Source: Wigglesworthia glossinidia endosymbiont of Glossina brevipalpis (lineage in GTDB: Bacteria > Pseudomonadota > Gammaproteobacteria > Enterobacterales > Enterobacteriaceae). Taken from it: a stretch of 32,000 bases of DNA. Below, piece by piece: positions 1 through 10,633 of this stretch; the stretch's first letter is position 1, and each line of letters begins with the position of its first letter. The stretch is taken from contig BA000021.3 of NCBI GenBank assembly GCA_000008885.1, positions 570,001 through 602,000 on the forward strand. The letters run 5' to 3'. Both the position numbers and the translations under genes were made by a program. The notes below the pieces were generated by a model, which saw only the letters and a list, made by a program, of their open reading frames with translations, did no database searches and was not told the origin of the DNA.

Positions 1-849
1 GTTTTAATGGGAATTATTATTTTAGGAGAAAAAGTAATAATTAAGTTCATGAGTTTTTTAGTAATTCCATTTATACTTTCTTTAATTTTTTTTTCTTTTT
101 ATATAATTCAATTTTGGAATTATTCATTATTTTATGAAATAAAAAATATTTTTAATTTAGATATAAATAGTTTATTAAAAATTATTTGGTATATTATACC
201 TGTAACTGTATTTTCATTTAATCATTCTCCTATAATATCTTCTTTTGCAGTTTTCAAAAAAAGAGAATGTAGTAATTGTTGCGAAAAAACATGCTCTAAA
301 ATACTATTTTATAGTAATTTATTAATGATTTTTACAGTAATTTTCTTTGTATTTAGTTGCATACTTAGTGTTCCTAGAGAAGCTATGCAAGAAGCAAAAG
401 ATAAAAATTTATCTGTATTATCTTATTTTTCAATATATTTTGAAGATAATTTAATGAATTTTTTAGGCCCTATCATAGCTATTATTGCTATAATAAAATC
501 TTTTTTTGGTCATTATTTAGGAGCTAAAGAAAGCATCAATAAAATATTAATGACGACTTTTCCTAAATTAAAAAATAAAAAAAGAACATATTTAACAAAT
601 TTTACAACTAACTCTTTAATATTTACTAGTTCTTGGATTATTGCAATATTTAATCCTAGTATTTTAAATATAATAGAAGCAATAATTGGACCTATTATTT
701 CTATAATTTTATTTTTAATTCCTGCATATTCAATATATAAAGTTCCTAATATGAAACGTTATAAAAAAGAAAAATTTACTAATTTATTTTTATTTGTTAT
801 TGGAATTTTTTCATTTTTAGCTATGATGCATAAATTGATTATATTTTAA
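1..849 (+). CDS. sdaC: Serine/HAAAP-family amino-acid transporter, C-terminal part. The frame is open from base 1, so the gene starts upstream of the window.
   Basis: The frame of ORF 7..849 is open back to position 1. The product is a polytopic membrane protein. FNHSPIISSFAV...CSKILF...FFVFSC...IKSFFGHYLGAKE...NPSIL...GPII match my recollection of the E. coli SdaC C-terminal half. TAA stop at 847-849. Confidence 0.7.
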   Translation, partial: VLMGIIILGEKVIIKFMSFLVIPFILSLIFFSFYIIQFWNYSLFYEIKNIFNLDINSLLKIIWYIIPVTVFSFNHSPIISSFAVFKKRECSNCCEKTCSKILFYSNLLMIFTVIFFVFSCILSVPREAMQEAKDKNLSVLSYFSIYFEDNLMNFLGPIIAIIAIIKSFFGHYLGAKESINKILMTTFPKLKNKKRTYLTNFTTNSLIFTSSWIIAIFNPSILNIIEAIIGPIISIILFLIPAYSIYKVPNMKRYKKEKFTNLFLFVIGIFSFLAMMHKLIIF

Positions 850-865
850 TAAATTTAATAAAAAA

Positions 866-2245
866 TTATAAAAAAAAAGGATTAGGTTCAAATAAAAGTT
901 CTATGTCTTTTATAAATTTTTTATCAGTTAAAAAAATAATAAAATGATCGTTTTGTTGAACTGGGTTATAATTTTTTTCAGAAATAATTTCTGAATTTCT
1001 AATAATTGCGCCTATAATTGTTCCAGGAGGGAATTTAATTTCATATAGTGATTTTCCAATAACTTGAGAAGTACTTTCGTCACCTCTTGTTACAGCTTCT
1101 ACTACTTCTGCTAAACCATGTCTAATAGAAAAAATATTTACTATACTTTTATTTTTTAAGTATTTAAAAAAATCAGAAATTGTTGACTCCTGAGGGGATA
1201 TTGAAATATCAATGATACTTTTTTGCATCAAATCAGCATAAGCTCTTCTTTGTATCAAAACTAATACTTTTTTAGCTCCCATTTTTTTAGCTAACATTGC
1301 AGACATGATGTTAACTTCATCATCATTAGTAATAGAAATAAAAACTTCTACTTGTTCTATATTTTCTTGCATTAAAAGTTCTTCGTTGGAAGCATCTCCA
1401 TAAAATACCGTAGTATTTTTTAATTTTTTTGCTAGTTCTGATGCACGTTTTTGATCTATTTCTATTAACTTAACTTGATAATTTTTATCAAGTTTATCAG
1501 CTAACATAGCCCCTATATTTCCACCTCCAACTATCATAATTCTTTTGTATGGTTTTTCATATTTTTGTAATTCATTGACTATTAATTTTATATTTTGAGA
1601 TATAGTTATGAAAAATATTTCATCTCCTGTTTGCAGCTCTGTGGAAAGCTCTGGGAGAATAAATTTTTTATTTCTATAAACTGCTGCTATTTTCATTCCA
1701 GATTCTATTACTGAATCCGGAAACATAGAAATTATATTTTCTATTAATTTTATTTCTGGATCATCTAATTTAATAGCTAATAAATTAATATTTTTATTAG
1801 AAAAAATAGTAATTTGTAAAGCTCCTGGATATTCAATTAAATTACAAATATTATTTGCTATTGTCATTTCTGGAGAAATTACATGATCAATTGGTATTGA
1901 AGCTGGGCTGAATAACTTGCAAGATTCTTGTATATAATCAGAAGATCTAATTCTAGCAATACGATTTGGAGTTTTGAATAATGTATAAGCAATATGACAT
2001 GCTAAAATATTTATTTCATCAGAATATGTAACTGCTATCAACATATCCGCATCTTCTGCTTGCGCATCTTTTAAAACATTAGGATAAGAAGCGTGCCCCT
2101 TAATTGTTTTAAGATCATATTTTTCTTGCAATTGTTTCAATTTATATGAATTTATATCTACAATAGTAATATCATTATTATAATTAGATAAATTTTCAGC
2201 TAAAGTCCCACCTACTTGTCCTGCTCCCAATATAATTATTTTCAT
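866..2245 (-). CDS. trkA: Trk potassium uptake system NAD-binding protein TrkA
   Basis: 459 aa, against 458 in E. coli. N-terminus MKIIILGAGQVGGTLAENL is nearly identical to E. coli TrkA. A second Rossmann motif IMIVGGGNIG sits mid-protein. TAA stop. Confidence 0.93.
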   Translation of the reverse strand: MKIIILGAGQVGGTLAENLSNYNNDITIVDINSYKLKQLQEKYDLKTIKGHASYPNVLKDAQAEDADMLIAVTYSDEINILACHIAYTLFKTPNRIARIRSSDYIQESCKLFSPASIPIDHVISPEMTIANNICNLIEYPGALQITIFSNKNINLLAIKLDDPEIKLIENIISMFPDSVIESGMKIAAVYRNKKFILPELSTELQTGDEIFFITISQNIKLIVNELQKYEKPYKRIMIVGGGNIGAMLADKLDKNYQVKLIEIDQKRASELAKKLKNTTVFYGDASNEELLMQENIEQVEVFISITNDDEVNIMSAMLAKKMGAKKVLVLIQRRAYADLMQKSIIDISISPQESTISDFFKYLKNKSIVNIFSIRHGLAEVVEAVTRGDESTSQVIGKSLYEIKFPPGTIIGAIIRNSEIISEKNYNPVQQNDHFIIFLTDKKFIKDIELLFEPNPFFL

Positions 2246-2298
2246 ATTTTTTATGATTTAATTTAATGCTAATAATATTAAAAATTTTTATATAAAAA

Positions 2299-3258
2299 TT
2301 ATTGTATAATATTACCAGTAATAAATAATTTTTTATACAAACATAAAGACTCTTTAACAAAAGAACGTTTTTTTCCTGATAATTGTAATACTTCTAATAT
2401 AAGAATTCCTTTTCCTGTTCCTACATGTATTCCGTCAGAATTTACATTTAATATTTTTCCTGGGTCAGATATAAAAATATTATTTATATCAATTTTTGCT
2501 TTCCAAGCTCTTATATATTTTCCTGAAATCCAAAAATAGCTTACAGGCCATGGATTAAAAGCTCTAATATTTCTATCTATATTTATAGCTGGCAAATTCC
2601 AATTAATTTTAGCTTCTTTTTTATTAATTTTTTTTGCATAAGTAGCAATTGAATTATTTTGATATTGTAAATTATATTTTCCAATAGAAATTTGATGTAA
2701 TAATTGAATTATAGCAGCTTTTCCTATAATAGATAATTTATTTAACAATGTCTCTGTTGTATCTGTATCTTGAATGCTGCATACTCTTTTATATAAAATA
2801 GGACCAGTATCAATCTCATCATTCATTTTTATAATTGTAATTCCTGTTGTTTTATCTCCTGATTGCAATGCTCTATGTATAGGAGCTGCTCCACGCCATC
2901 TTGGAAGCAAAGAACTATGTAAATTTATACATCCTAATCTTGGTAAAGATAAAATTTTTTTTGACAAAATAATACTGTATGAAACGACTATTATTATATC
3001 ACAACGCATTTTTTTTAAATCATTTTCTAAATTATCTAAAGATTCAGTAGAATCAGGTTGAAGTATTTTAATATTATAGTATTTTGCTAATTTTTTGACT
3101 GGGCTAAATTTAATTTTATGCCCTCTTCCTGAAAAACGATCTGGATTTGCCAATATTCCAACTACAACATGCCTTGATTCTAATAAAGCATATAAAAATT
3201 CATAAGAAAACTGAGATGTTCCAGCAAAAACAATACGAAGAGATTTAGATGAATTCAT
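2299..3258 (-). CDS. fmt: Methionyl-tRNA formyltransferase
   Basis: 319 aa. Contains RIVFAGTSQF and the HSSLLPRWRGAAPI formyltransferase motif. Lies immediately downstream of def as in E. coli. TAA stop. Confidence 0.93.
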   Translation of the reverse strand: MNSSKSLRIVFAGTSQFSYEFLYALLESRHVVVGILANPDRFSGRGHKIKFSPVKKLAKYYNIKILQPDSTESLDNLENDLKKMRCDIIIVVSYSIILSKKILSLPRLGCINLHSSLLPRWRGAAPIHRALQSGDKTTGITIIKMNDEIDTGPILYKRVCSIQDTDTTETLLNKLSIIGKAAIIQLLHQISIGKYNLQYQNNSIATYAKKINKKEAKINWNLPAINIDRNIRAFNPWPVSYFWISGKYIRAWKAKIDINNIFISDPGKILNVNSDGIHVGTGKGILILEVLQLSGKKRSFVKESLCLYKKLFITGNIIQ

Positions 3259-3307
3259 ATCTATCCTGTTAAATTTTGCATTATTTATATTTTTTAAATT
3301 ATTCGTT

Positions 3308-3766
3308 TTAATTTTTTAAAGGTTTTATGTAGTCTATAAATAATTTTCCAATAAGATGATCCATTTCATGTTGAATACATGTTGCAAGTAATCCTTTTGA
3401 TTTTAACAAGAATTCTTCTCCTAAACAATTTATAGCTTTTATTTTTACTTTTTTTGATCTATTAACAAAAGCTGTTTTTTTTGGAATAGATAAACATCCT
3501 TCTTCAAAGGTTTGGGCTCCACATTTATTAATAAATACAGGATTAATTAATATTAATGGTTTATTCTTATTTTTTGAAATATCAATTACTATAATTCTTT
3601 TATGTACATCCACTTGAGTAGCAGCTAATCCTATTCCTTCATTAAAATACATTGTTTCTAACATATTTTTAATTAGACTTTTTATTTCACTGTCAATTAA
3701 TGAAATATTAGACGCTATTTTTCTTAATTTTTTGTTTGGATAATTTAATATTGATAGTACAGACAT
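3308..3766 (-). CDS. def: Peptide deformylase
   Basis: 152 aa. All three deformylase motifs are present: GIGLAATQ, EGCLS, HEMDH. The def-fmt operon order is conserved. Confidence 0.95.
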   Translation of the reverse strand: MSVLSILNYPNKKLRKIASNISLIDSEIKSLIKNMLETMYFNEGIGLAATQVDVHKRIIVIDISKNKNKPLILINPVFINKCGAQTFEEGCLSIPKKTAFVNRSKKVKIKAINCLGEEFLLKSKGLLATCIQHEMDHLIGKLFIDYIKPLKN

Positions 3767-4054
3767 ATAATTATATTATTTTTTTATAAAGTTTGTTTTT
3801 TTAATATTAAAAATTTTTAAAAACTTAGTATATCAATTTTATTTAAAAAATTAAAAATTTTTAATTTTTTATTAAAAAATAATAATAAATATTATTGATA
3901 ATTTTAAATTTATTTTATTTTTAAATCAATTATTATATTAATATTAAATAATTTTTATTAATAAATAATAATTTTTAATTATTTAATATAAAAAATTTTT
4001 AAAAAATTAAAAAATATAAAAAATTAATAGTTGCTATATTTTACAATAAAAAAC

Positions 4055-4615
4055 ATGAAATTTAGAAATTTAATGAAAATAATAAATGCTCTTCGTGAAG
4101 AAGAAGTTGTTGCATATCCTACTGAGTCAATGTTTGGGTTAGGATGTGATCCAGATTCAATATCTGCTGTAAATAAATTAATATATTTAAAAAAAAGAAA
4201 AATAAACAAAGGATTTATTATTGTTGCTGCTAATATCTCTCAATTAAATAATTATATTGATTGTACATCATTGTCAAAAAATAATTTAAATAAAATTTTT
4301 TGCACTTGGCCTGGTTTTATAACATGGCTAATGCCTCCAAAAAAAGACATTCCTTGTTGGTTAATTGGAAATAATTCTTTGATAGCTGTTAGAGTAAGTA
4401 ATTTTTTTCCTATTAAAAAAATTTGTAATATATTTGGAAAACCTATAATATCAACAAGCGCTAATTTATCTGGAGAAATTCCTGCAAAAAATATAAAAGA
4501 AATCAAGCATAAACTAGGAAGTAAAATAATAATTTTAGATCATCCTATAGGTAAATATTCCAATCCTTCTGAAATTAGAAATGGAATTAATTATAAAATA
4601 ATTAGAAAAGGTTAG
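4055..4615 (+). CDS. tsaC: Threonylcarbamoyl-AMP synthase (YrdC/TsaC)
   Basis: VVAYPTESMFGLGCDPDS, KGFIIVAAN, GKPIISTSANLSG and NPSEIR match E. coli TsaC. The ORF track starts at a TTG (4031). The ATG at 4055 (MKFRNL...) gives an E. coli-like length, so the start is uncertain by 24 nt. TAG stop. Confidence 0.85.
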   Translation: MKFRNLMKIINALREEEVVAYPTESMFGLGCDPDSISAVNKLIYLKKRKINKGFIIVAANISQLNNYIDCTSLSKNNLNKIFCTWPGFITWLMPPKKDIPCWLIGNNSLIAVRVSNFFPIKKICNIFGKPIISTSANLSGEIPAKNIKEIKHKLGSKIIILDHPIGKYSNPSEIRNGINYKIIRKG

Positions 4616-4804
4616 ATTTTAATTTATAAAAATAATTTTTATTTTATTTTAAACATAAAATACAATAAAATAATTTGTTAAATTAAAAATAAACATTTAA
4701 CAATAAATATATTAAAATTAAAACAATAATTATTTATAAAACTTATAATTTAATATAATTAATATTTTATTTATTAATTAAATAATTTAATAATTTTAAA
4801 AGTC

Positions 4805-5536
4805 ATGATAGCTATTTTGCGTATATTTATATTATTTTTTTTATCAATTTTTATATGTATTTTTGGATCAATATATTGTGCATTATACAAACCTTGCAAC
4901 CCTAAACACGCTTATACATTTGGAAAATTATTTGGATATATGTCTTTTTTATTTGGGATAAAACTTTGTATTCGTTATCCTAAAAATATTGTTCTTCCTT
5001 CAAAATGTGTTTATATTTCAAATCATCAAAATAATTTTGATATGATAACAGTTTCTAGGGCTATACAAAAAAATACAATTACGATTGGTAAAAAAAGTTT
5101 AATATGGATTCCATTTTTTGGTATATTATACTGGATATCAGGAAATTTACTAATAAATAGAAAAAATAAATTTAATTTAAAAAAAAATTTAAATAATATA
5201 TCAAATATAATAATTAAAAAAAAAATTTCCGTTTGGATTTTCCCAGAAGGTACTAGAAGTAAAATAAAAAATTTATTGCCATTTAAAATTGGAGCTTTTT
5301 ATATTGCATTAAATTCTAGAGTTCCCATTATTCCAATTTGCGTATCCGATACATCTAAAATTAAAATAAATAAATATAAAAATGGTAAAGTAATAGTAGA
5401 AATATTACCTCCAATTGATACTAAAAATTATAATATTAAACAAGTTAGAAATCTAACAGAACATTGTCGATTATTAATGCAAAAAAAAATAAATGAAATA
5501 AATGAAGAAATTATTTCAGAAAAATTAAAAAAATAA
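4805..5536 (+). CDS. plsC: 1-acyl-sn-glycerol-3-phosphate acyltransferase
   Basis: 243 aa, against 245 in E. coli. Contains FGSIYC, the NHQNNFD (HX4D) acyltransferase motif, FPEGTRS and IPICVS. Confidence 0.9.
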   Translation: MIAILRIFILFFLSIFICIFGSIYCALYKPCNPKHAYTFGKLFGYMSFLFGIKLCIRYPKNIVLPSKCVYISNHQNNFDMITVSRAIQKNTITIGKKSLIWIPFFGILYWISGNLLINRKNKFNLKKNLNNISNIIIKKKISVWIFPEGTRSKIKNLLPFKIGAFYIALNSRVPIIPICVSDTSKIKINKYKNGKVIVEILPPIDTKNYNIKQVRNLTEHCRLLMQKKINEINEEIISEKLKK

Positions 5537-5695
5537 ATTTTAAAAGTTTATTTAATAAATAAAAATTCTTTAAAATAAAATAACATTTGATATAATGTAT
5601 CTTTTCATAAAAAATTGATTTAATAATTATTATTGATAATTTTTTAAATTAGTAAATTTTATTAAATTAATTATATAAATAATTTTTATAATTTT

Positions 5696-7093
5696 ATGTT
5701 TAAATATACAAAAAACAACATTTATAAATCATCTAAATTTAATTTAAGCAAATTTAAAATTCCTCCTCATTCTTTAGAAGCAGAACAATCTATATTAGGC
5801 GGTTTGATGTTGAATAACAACCATTGGGATAATATATCAGATAGAATAGATTTTAATGATTTTTTTAATAGATCACATCAATTAATTTTTAAAGAAATGT
5901 ATAAATTATTTGAAATAGGTAAGCCTATAGATTTAATTACAGTTTCGGAATCTTTAGAGCAAAAAGGGCAGCTAAAATTAATTGGAGGATTTGCTTATCT
6001 TGCAGAAATATCAAAAAATGTACCTAGCACTACAAATATTTTTGCATATTCTGAAATTGTAAGAGAAAGATCTTTGATTAGAAAAATCATAGAAGTATCT
6101 CAAGAAATATCTGATTCAGGTTATAATCCAAAAGGAAGAAGCGGAGAAGAAATATTAGATTTAGCAGAATCTAAAATATTTCAAATATCTGAAAATAAAA
6201 ACAAAAAAAACGAAGGACCAAAAAATATTGAATCTGTTTTGGCATATACTGTAAATAAAATAGAGAAGATATACAAAGAACCTAAAGGCGAAATTATTGG
6301 AATATCTAGTGGATATAAAGATTTAGACAAAAAAACTTATGGATTGCAAAAATCAGATCTTATTATAATAGCAGCTCGACCTTCAATGGGGAAAACAACT
6401 TTTGCTATTAACTTATGTGAAAATGCAGCTATGAATGAAAAAAAACCAGTATTAATTTTTAGCTTAGAAATGCCAGGAGAACAGATTATGATTAAAATTC
6501 TATCTTCTATTTCTAGAGTTGATCAAAGCAAATTAAGAACTGGACAATTAAATTCTGAAGATTGGTCTAGAATTTCTAATACTATTGAGATTTTATTAAA
6601 AAGAAAGAACATGTATATTGATGATTCTTCTAAGTTAACAGCAACAGAAATAAGGTCTAGAGCTAGAAGAATTTTTCGAGAACATAATGGATTGAGTTTA
6701 ATAATGATTGATTATTTGCAATTAATGCATGTTACTTCTTTGTTTAATAACAGAACATTAGAAATTGCAGAAATTTCTAGATCTTTGAAATCCTTAGCAA
6801 AAGAACTAAAAGTTCCAGTAATTGCTTTATCTCAATTAAATAGAAGTTTAGAACAAAGATCTGACAAAAGGCCAGTGAATTCAGATCTTAGAGAATCTGG
6901 ATCTATAGAACAAGACGCAGATTTAATTATGTTTATTTATAGAGACGAAGTATATAATGAAAATAGCGATATGAAAGGAATAGCAGAAATTATATTAGGA
7001 AAACAGAGGAATGGGCCTATAGGAACAATTAAATTAACATTTAATGGGAAATTATCAAGATTTGATAATTATTCATATAATTATTATGATTAA
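5696..7093 (+). CDS. dnaB: Replicative DNA helicase DnaB
   Basis: 465 aa. Contains PPHSLEAEQSILGGLML, Walker A ARPSMGKTTFA, SQLNRSLEQRSDKRPVNSDLRESGSIEQDADLIMFIYRDEVY and GKQRNGPIG. Confidence 0.96.
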   Translation: MFKYTKNNIYKSSKFNLSKFKIPPHSLEAEQSILGGLMLNNNHWDNISDRIDFNDFFNRSHQLIFKEMYKLFEIGKPIDLITVSESLEQKGQLKLIGGFAYLAEISKNVPSTTNIFAYSEIVRERSLIRKIIEVSQEISDSGYNPKGRSGEEILDLAESKIFQISENKNKKNEGPKNIESVLAYTVNKIEKIYKEPKGEIIGISSGYKDLDKKTYGLQKSDLIIIAARPSMGKTTFAINLCENAAMNEKKPVLIFSLEMPGEQIMIKILSSISRVDQSKLRTGQLNSEDWSRISNTIEILLKRKNMYIDDSSKLTATEIRSRARRIFREHNGLSLIMIDYLQLMHVTSLFNNRTLEIAEISRSLKSLAKELKVPVIALSQLNRSLEQRSDKRPVNSDLRESGSIEQDADLIMFIYRDEVYNENSDMKGIAEIILGKQRNGPIGTIKLTFNGKLSRFDNYSYNYYD

Positions 7094-7154
7094 TATTAAA
7101 AATATTTTAATATAAAATTATTATATTAATAAATATTATTATTTGGAGAGCAGT

Positions 7155-7646
7155 ATGACTAGCAGAGGGATAAATAAAGTAATATTAATAGGAAATTTAG
7201 GCCAAGATCCAGAAGTACGTTATATTCCAAATGGAAATGCAATTACTAATCTTTCATTAGCTACATCTGAAAATTGGAGAGATAAAAATACAGGAGAATC
7301 AAAAGAAAAAACAGAATGGCATAGAGTAATTTTGTTTGGCAAATTAGCAGAAGTTGCAGGTGAATATTTAAAAAAAGGATCTCAAGTATATATAGAAGGA
7401 AACTTGCAAACTAGAAAGTGGCAAGATCAAAATGGACAAGATAGATATATAACAGAAATAGTAGTAGGAATAAATGGATGCATGCAGATGCTAGGAAATC
7501 GAGCATCATATGATTATACAAAGCCAGAAGCAAAAGAGTGGAATAAAAAAAATAAGAATATTATAAATGAAAAACAAGATATTAAAGAAAGCAAAAAAAA
7601 TAAAATTGAAGAAGAAATAAATTTTGACGATGATATTCCATTTTAA
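7155..7646 (+). CDS. ssb: Single-stranded DNA-binding protein
   Basis: [23 protein letters not shown] resembles E. coli [23 protein letters not shown]. The acidic tip DDDIPF is present at the C-terminus. GGAG lies at 7145-7148, upstream of the ATG at 7155. The ORF-track TTG start at 7143 overlaps that Shine-Dalgarno sequence and is unlikely. Confidence 0.93.
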   Translation: MTSRGINKVILIGNLGQDPEVRYIPNGNAITNLSLATSENWRDKNTGESKEKTEWHRVILFGKLAEVAGEYLKKGSQVYIEGNLQTRKWQDQNGQDRYITEIVVGINGCMQMLGNRASYDYTKPEAKEWNKKNKNIINEKQDIKESKKNKIEEEINFDDDIPF

Positions 7647-7667
7647 TTTTAATAATTTTTATTAAAA
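7647..7667. terminator. AT-only hairpin between convergent ssb and glyA, a possible weak bidirectional terminator
   Basis: TTTTAATAA (7647-7655) and TTATTAAAA (7659-7667) are perfect reverse complements with a 3-nt loop, flanked by T/A runs. The stem is entirely A:T, so stability is low and chance occurrence in this composition is likely. Confidence 0.2.
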
Positions 7668-7669
7668 AA

Positions 7670-8932
7670 TTACTTAAATGATTTATAAACTGGGTATTTA
7701 TAGCATAAATTTATTACTTTAATTTTAATATTATTAATTAATTTCTTATCGTTAATATTTTCTAATATATCGCATATCCATTCTGCAACTTTTTTGGATT
7801 CTATTTCTTTAAATCCCCTTTTAGTAATAGCAGGAGTTCCAATTCTTATACCAGAAGTTATTTTTGGATTTAATTTATCATTTGGTATGGAATTTTTATT
7901 TACAGTAATATTTGCTTTTTCTAAAATTTCAGACGCTAAATCACCTTTTAATCCAATATTAGATAAATTTAAAATAAATAAATGATTTTTAGTTCCACCA
8001 GAAACAACATGAAATTTTCTTTTCAAAAAAATTTCTACCATTGATTTAGAATTTTTTACTAATTGATGTTGATATTTTTTAAATTTTAAAGTCATAGCTT
8101 CTTTAAAAGCAACTGCTTTAGCAGCAATAATATGCATTAGAGGACCTCCTTGCGTTCCTGGGAAAACTGCAGAATCTAATTTTTTATAGAATTCATCATC
8201 TCCTTCTTTGGCTAGGATCAATCCACCTCTTGGTCCAGATAAAGTTTTATGAGTAGTTGTAGTAACAACATGCGCATAAGGAATAGCATTTGGATAAATT
8301 CCTGCAACTATTAAACCTGCTACATGTGATATATCTGCAAATAAATATGCTCCAACTTTGTCTGAAATAAATCTCATTTTTTTCCAATTAATAAAACCTG
8401 AATATGAAGAGAATCCACCAACAATCATTTTTGGACGATAATAATTTGCTAAATTTAATAATTTATTATAATCTAATTTTCCTTCTCCATTTACTCCATA
8501 TGATATAAATTTATACATTTTGCCAGAAAAATTAGCTTTAGATCCATGGGTTAAATGCCCTCCGTGATTTAATTTCATTCCTAAAACCAAATCTCCTGGA
8601 TTTAATAAAGCAGAGTAAACTGCAAAATTAGCTTGAGACCCAGAATGGGGTTGTACATTTACGTAATCTACATTAAATAATTTCTTTGCTCTTTTTATAG
8701 CTAAATCTTCGATTTCATCAATATATTTACATCCTCTATAATACCTATTTTTAGGATACCCTTCTGCATATTTATTTGTTAACAAAGAACCTTGCATTTG
8801 CATTACATATTTACTAGCATAATTTTCAGAAGCAATTAGCTCAATATGTTCTTCTTGTCTTATTATTTCTTTTTTAATAATGTTGTATATCTTTGTGTCG
8901 TATTTTTTGAAATTCTTGTAATATATATTCAT
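7670..8932 (-). CDS. glyA: Serine hydroxymethyltransferase
   Basis: 420 aa. Contains [18 protein letters not shown] and the [17 protein letters not shown]-lysine motif. Confidence 0.96.
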   Translation of the reverse strand: MNIYYKNFKKYDTKIYNIIKKEIIRQEEHIELIASENYASKYVMQMQGSLLTNKYAEGYPKNRYYRGCKYIDEIEDLAIKRAKKLFNVDYVNVQPHSGSQANFAVYSALLNPGDLVLGMKLNHGGHLTHGSKANFSGKMYKFISYGVNGEGKLDYNKLLNLANYYRPKMIVGGFSSYSGFINWKKMRFISDKVGAYLFADISHVAGLIVAGIYPNAIPYAHVVTTTTHKTLSGPRGGLILAKEGDDEFYKKLDSAVFPGTQGGPLMHIIAAKAVAFKEAMTLKFKKYQHQLVKNSKSMVEIFLKRKFHVVSGGTKNHLFILNLSNIGLKGDLASEILEKANITVNKNSIPNDKLNPKITSGIRIGTPAITKRGFKEIESKKVAEWICDILENINDKKLINNIKIKVINLCYKYPVYKSFK

Positions 8933-9177
8933 TTAATTTATAAAATTTAATAAAATAATAATTTTTTTAATTTAATATTAAATTAAATATTTAATTATAT
9001 CAATTTTTCATATTTTTGTATATTTTATAATATAAAAATTTATAAAAAAATAAACAATTTTAAAAATCTAACATGTTTAATTTTAATTAAAATTATTTAT
9101 AAAATGTTAAAATATTTAAATAAATTAAATTATTTAATAAAATAAAATATTTATAAAAACAAAAAGTATTACTATAT

Positions 9178-9834
9178 TTAATCTATTATTTTTATTCCAT
9201 TTTTTCCTGAAATAATAGCAATGTCTGCCGCTCTATGAGCAAAAAGACCTACTGATACAACCCCCGGTATATTGTTAATTTTTTCTTCTAAAAATAAAGA
9301 ATCAAGTATAATTAAATTATGTACGTCTAATAAAACATTTCCATTTTCTGTAATTATTCCTTTCCTATATTTCGGAGATCCTCCAATATCAATAATTTTT
9401 TTAGATACTAAAGTTCTAGCCATAGGTATAACTTCTATTGGCAAAGGAGCTCTTCCTAAAACATGTACGAATTTGCTACTATCTACTATACAAATAAATT
9501 TTTTTGCTGCAGATGCAATAATTTTTTCTCTTGTCAAAGCTGCCCCTTTGCCTTTTATCATATGTTTTTTTTGATTTATTTCGTCTGCTCCATCTACATA
9601 TATATTTAATAAACTTACTTCATTTAAGTCAAATAAAGGAATATTTAAATCTTTTAATTTAGAAGAAGATATTCTTGAACTTGATACAGTACCTTTTATT
9701 AGGTTTTTAATTGATCCTAACGCATCAATAAAATATTCCGCTGTGGAACCGCTACCTACTCCAACTATATCTCCTGGTTTAATGTATTTGATTGCAGCCC
9801 ATGCAGCTTGTTTTTTTAATTTTTCTTCTATCAC
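9178..9834 (-). CDS. rpiA: Ribose-5-phosphate isomerase A
   Basis: 218 aa. Contains [36 protein letters not shown] and PGVVSVGLF. Confidence 0.93.
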   Translation of the reverse strand: MIEEKLKKQAAWAAIKYIKPGDIVGVGSGSTAEYFIDALGSIKNLIKGTVSSSRISSSKLKDLNIPLFDLNEVSLLNIYVDGADEINQKKHMIKGKGAALTREKIIASAAKKFICIVDSSKFVHVLGRAPLPIEVIPMARTLVSKKIIDIGGSPKYRKGIITENGNVLLDVHNLIILDSLFLEEKINNIPGVVSVGLFAHRAADIAIISGKNGIKIID

Positions 9835-10284
9835 TGAATTATTTATATTTAAATTTTACAATTATTCTATTACTTATAATATACATATTATAAATAATTT
9901 TTTCAAAAAAATTTATTTTAATATTAAATGTATAAATTTATCATTAATATATAATTTTTAAAAAAATTTTATCATGAAATAATTATTTAAAAATGCAAAA
10001 AAAAATATTAAATATTTTATTATTTAATAATTAATATAAACAAAAAATTATTTTTTAATTTTATATAATAATATAATTAACATTTATTTTTAAATATTAT
10101 TATAATAATAATACTATTCTAATATAATAAAAAATTTTTATTAAAAATATTAATTTAATTATATTAAATTCATAAAATATTAAAAATATAATAATATTGT
10201 ATAAATATTTTTATATAATATAAATATATTGATACTTGAATTTTATTATTTAGTATAATATTATATACAAACTAAAAAATATTT

Positions 10285-10614
10285 ATGGAAAATTTTGTGA
10301 TTTCAAGCAAGTTCGGAATAGGTCAACAAGTTCGACATAAACTTCTTGGATACTTAGGAGTAATAATAGATGTAGATCCGGAATATTCTTTAGAAAAACC
10401 CTCATTAGAAGAAATTTCTGCGGATGATAGCTTAAGGCGTTCTCCGTGGTACTATGTAGTAATGGAGGATGAAGATGGAAAACCAGTACATACTTATTTA
10501 GCAGAAGCTCAACTAGGTTATGAAATTTCTCCAGTACATCCAGAGCAACCTAAATTGGATGAATTATCAGCTTCTATAAAAAAGCAATTAAAAACTCCAA
10601 GATTAAGAAACTAA
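10285..10614 (+). CDS. hspQ: Heat-shock protein HspQ (YccV, hemimethylated-DNA-binding family)
   Basis: [52 protein letters not shown] and PRLRN are near-identical to my recollection of E. coli HspQ. An in-frame GTG at 10297 would reproduce the E. coli N-terminus (MI.SKF) exactly, so the start is uncertain by 12 nt. Confidence 0.88.
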   Translation: MENFVISSKFGIGQQVRHKLLGYLGVIIDVDPEYSLEKPSLEEISADDSLRRSPWYYVVMEDEDGKPVHTYLAEAQLGYEISPVHPEQPKLDELSASIKKQLKTPRLRN

Positions 10615-10633
10615 AAAGTTAAAGTAATAAAAT

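Noticed and set aside
4031-4054. TTG-initiated N-terminal extensions proposed by the ORF track (tsaC 4031, ssb 7143, secE 25751)
   Set aside because: In each case a downstream ATG gives the E. coli-like N-terminus and length. The ssb TTG overlaps its own GGAG Shine-Dalgarno sequence, and the secE TTG overlaps the tuf stop codon.
3767-4054. Repeated A5T5-type palindromes (AAAAATTTTTAA and similar) in the def-tsaC spacer, considered as a possible replication origin/DUE or a repeat family
   Set aside because: No DnaA-box-like 9-mers (TTATCCACA/TGTGGATAA) are present, and the motifs are simple low-complexity A/T tracts expected at this composition. At most they are curved DNA in a divergent promoter region.
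4024-4209. A 61-aa minus-strand ORF spanning the tsaC start region
   Set aside because: It is antisense to the conserved N-terminus of tsaC and extends into pure A+T spacer, with no supporting signal.
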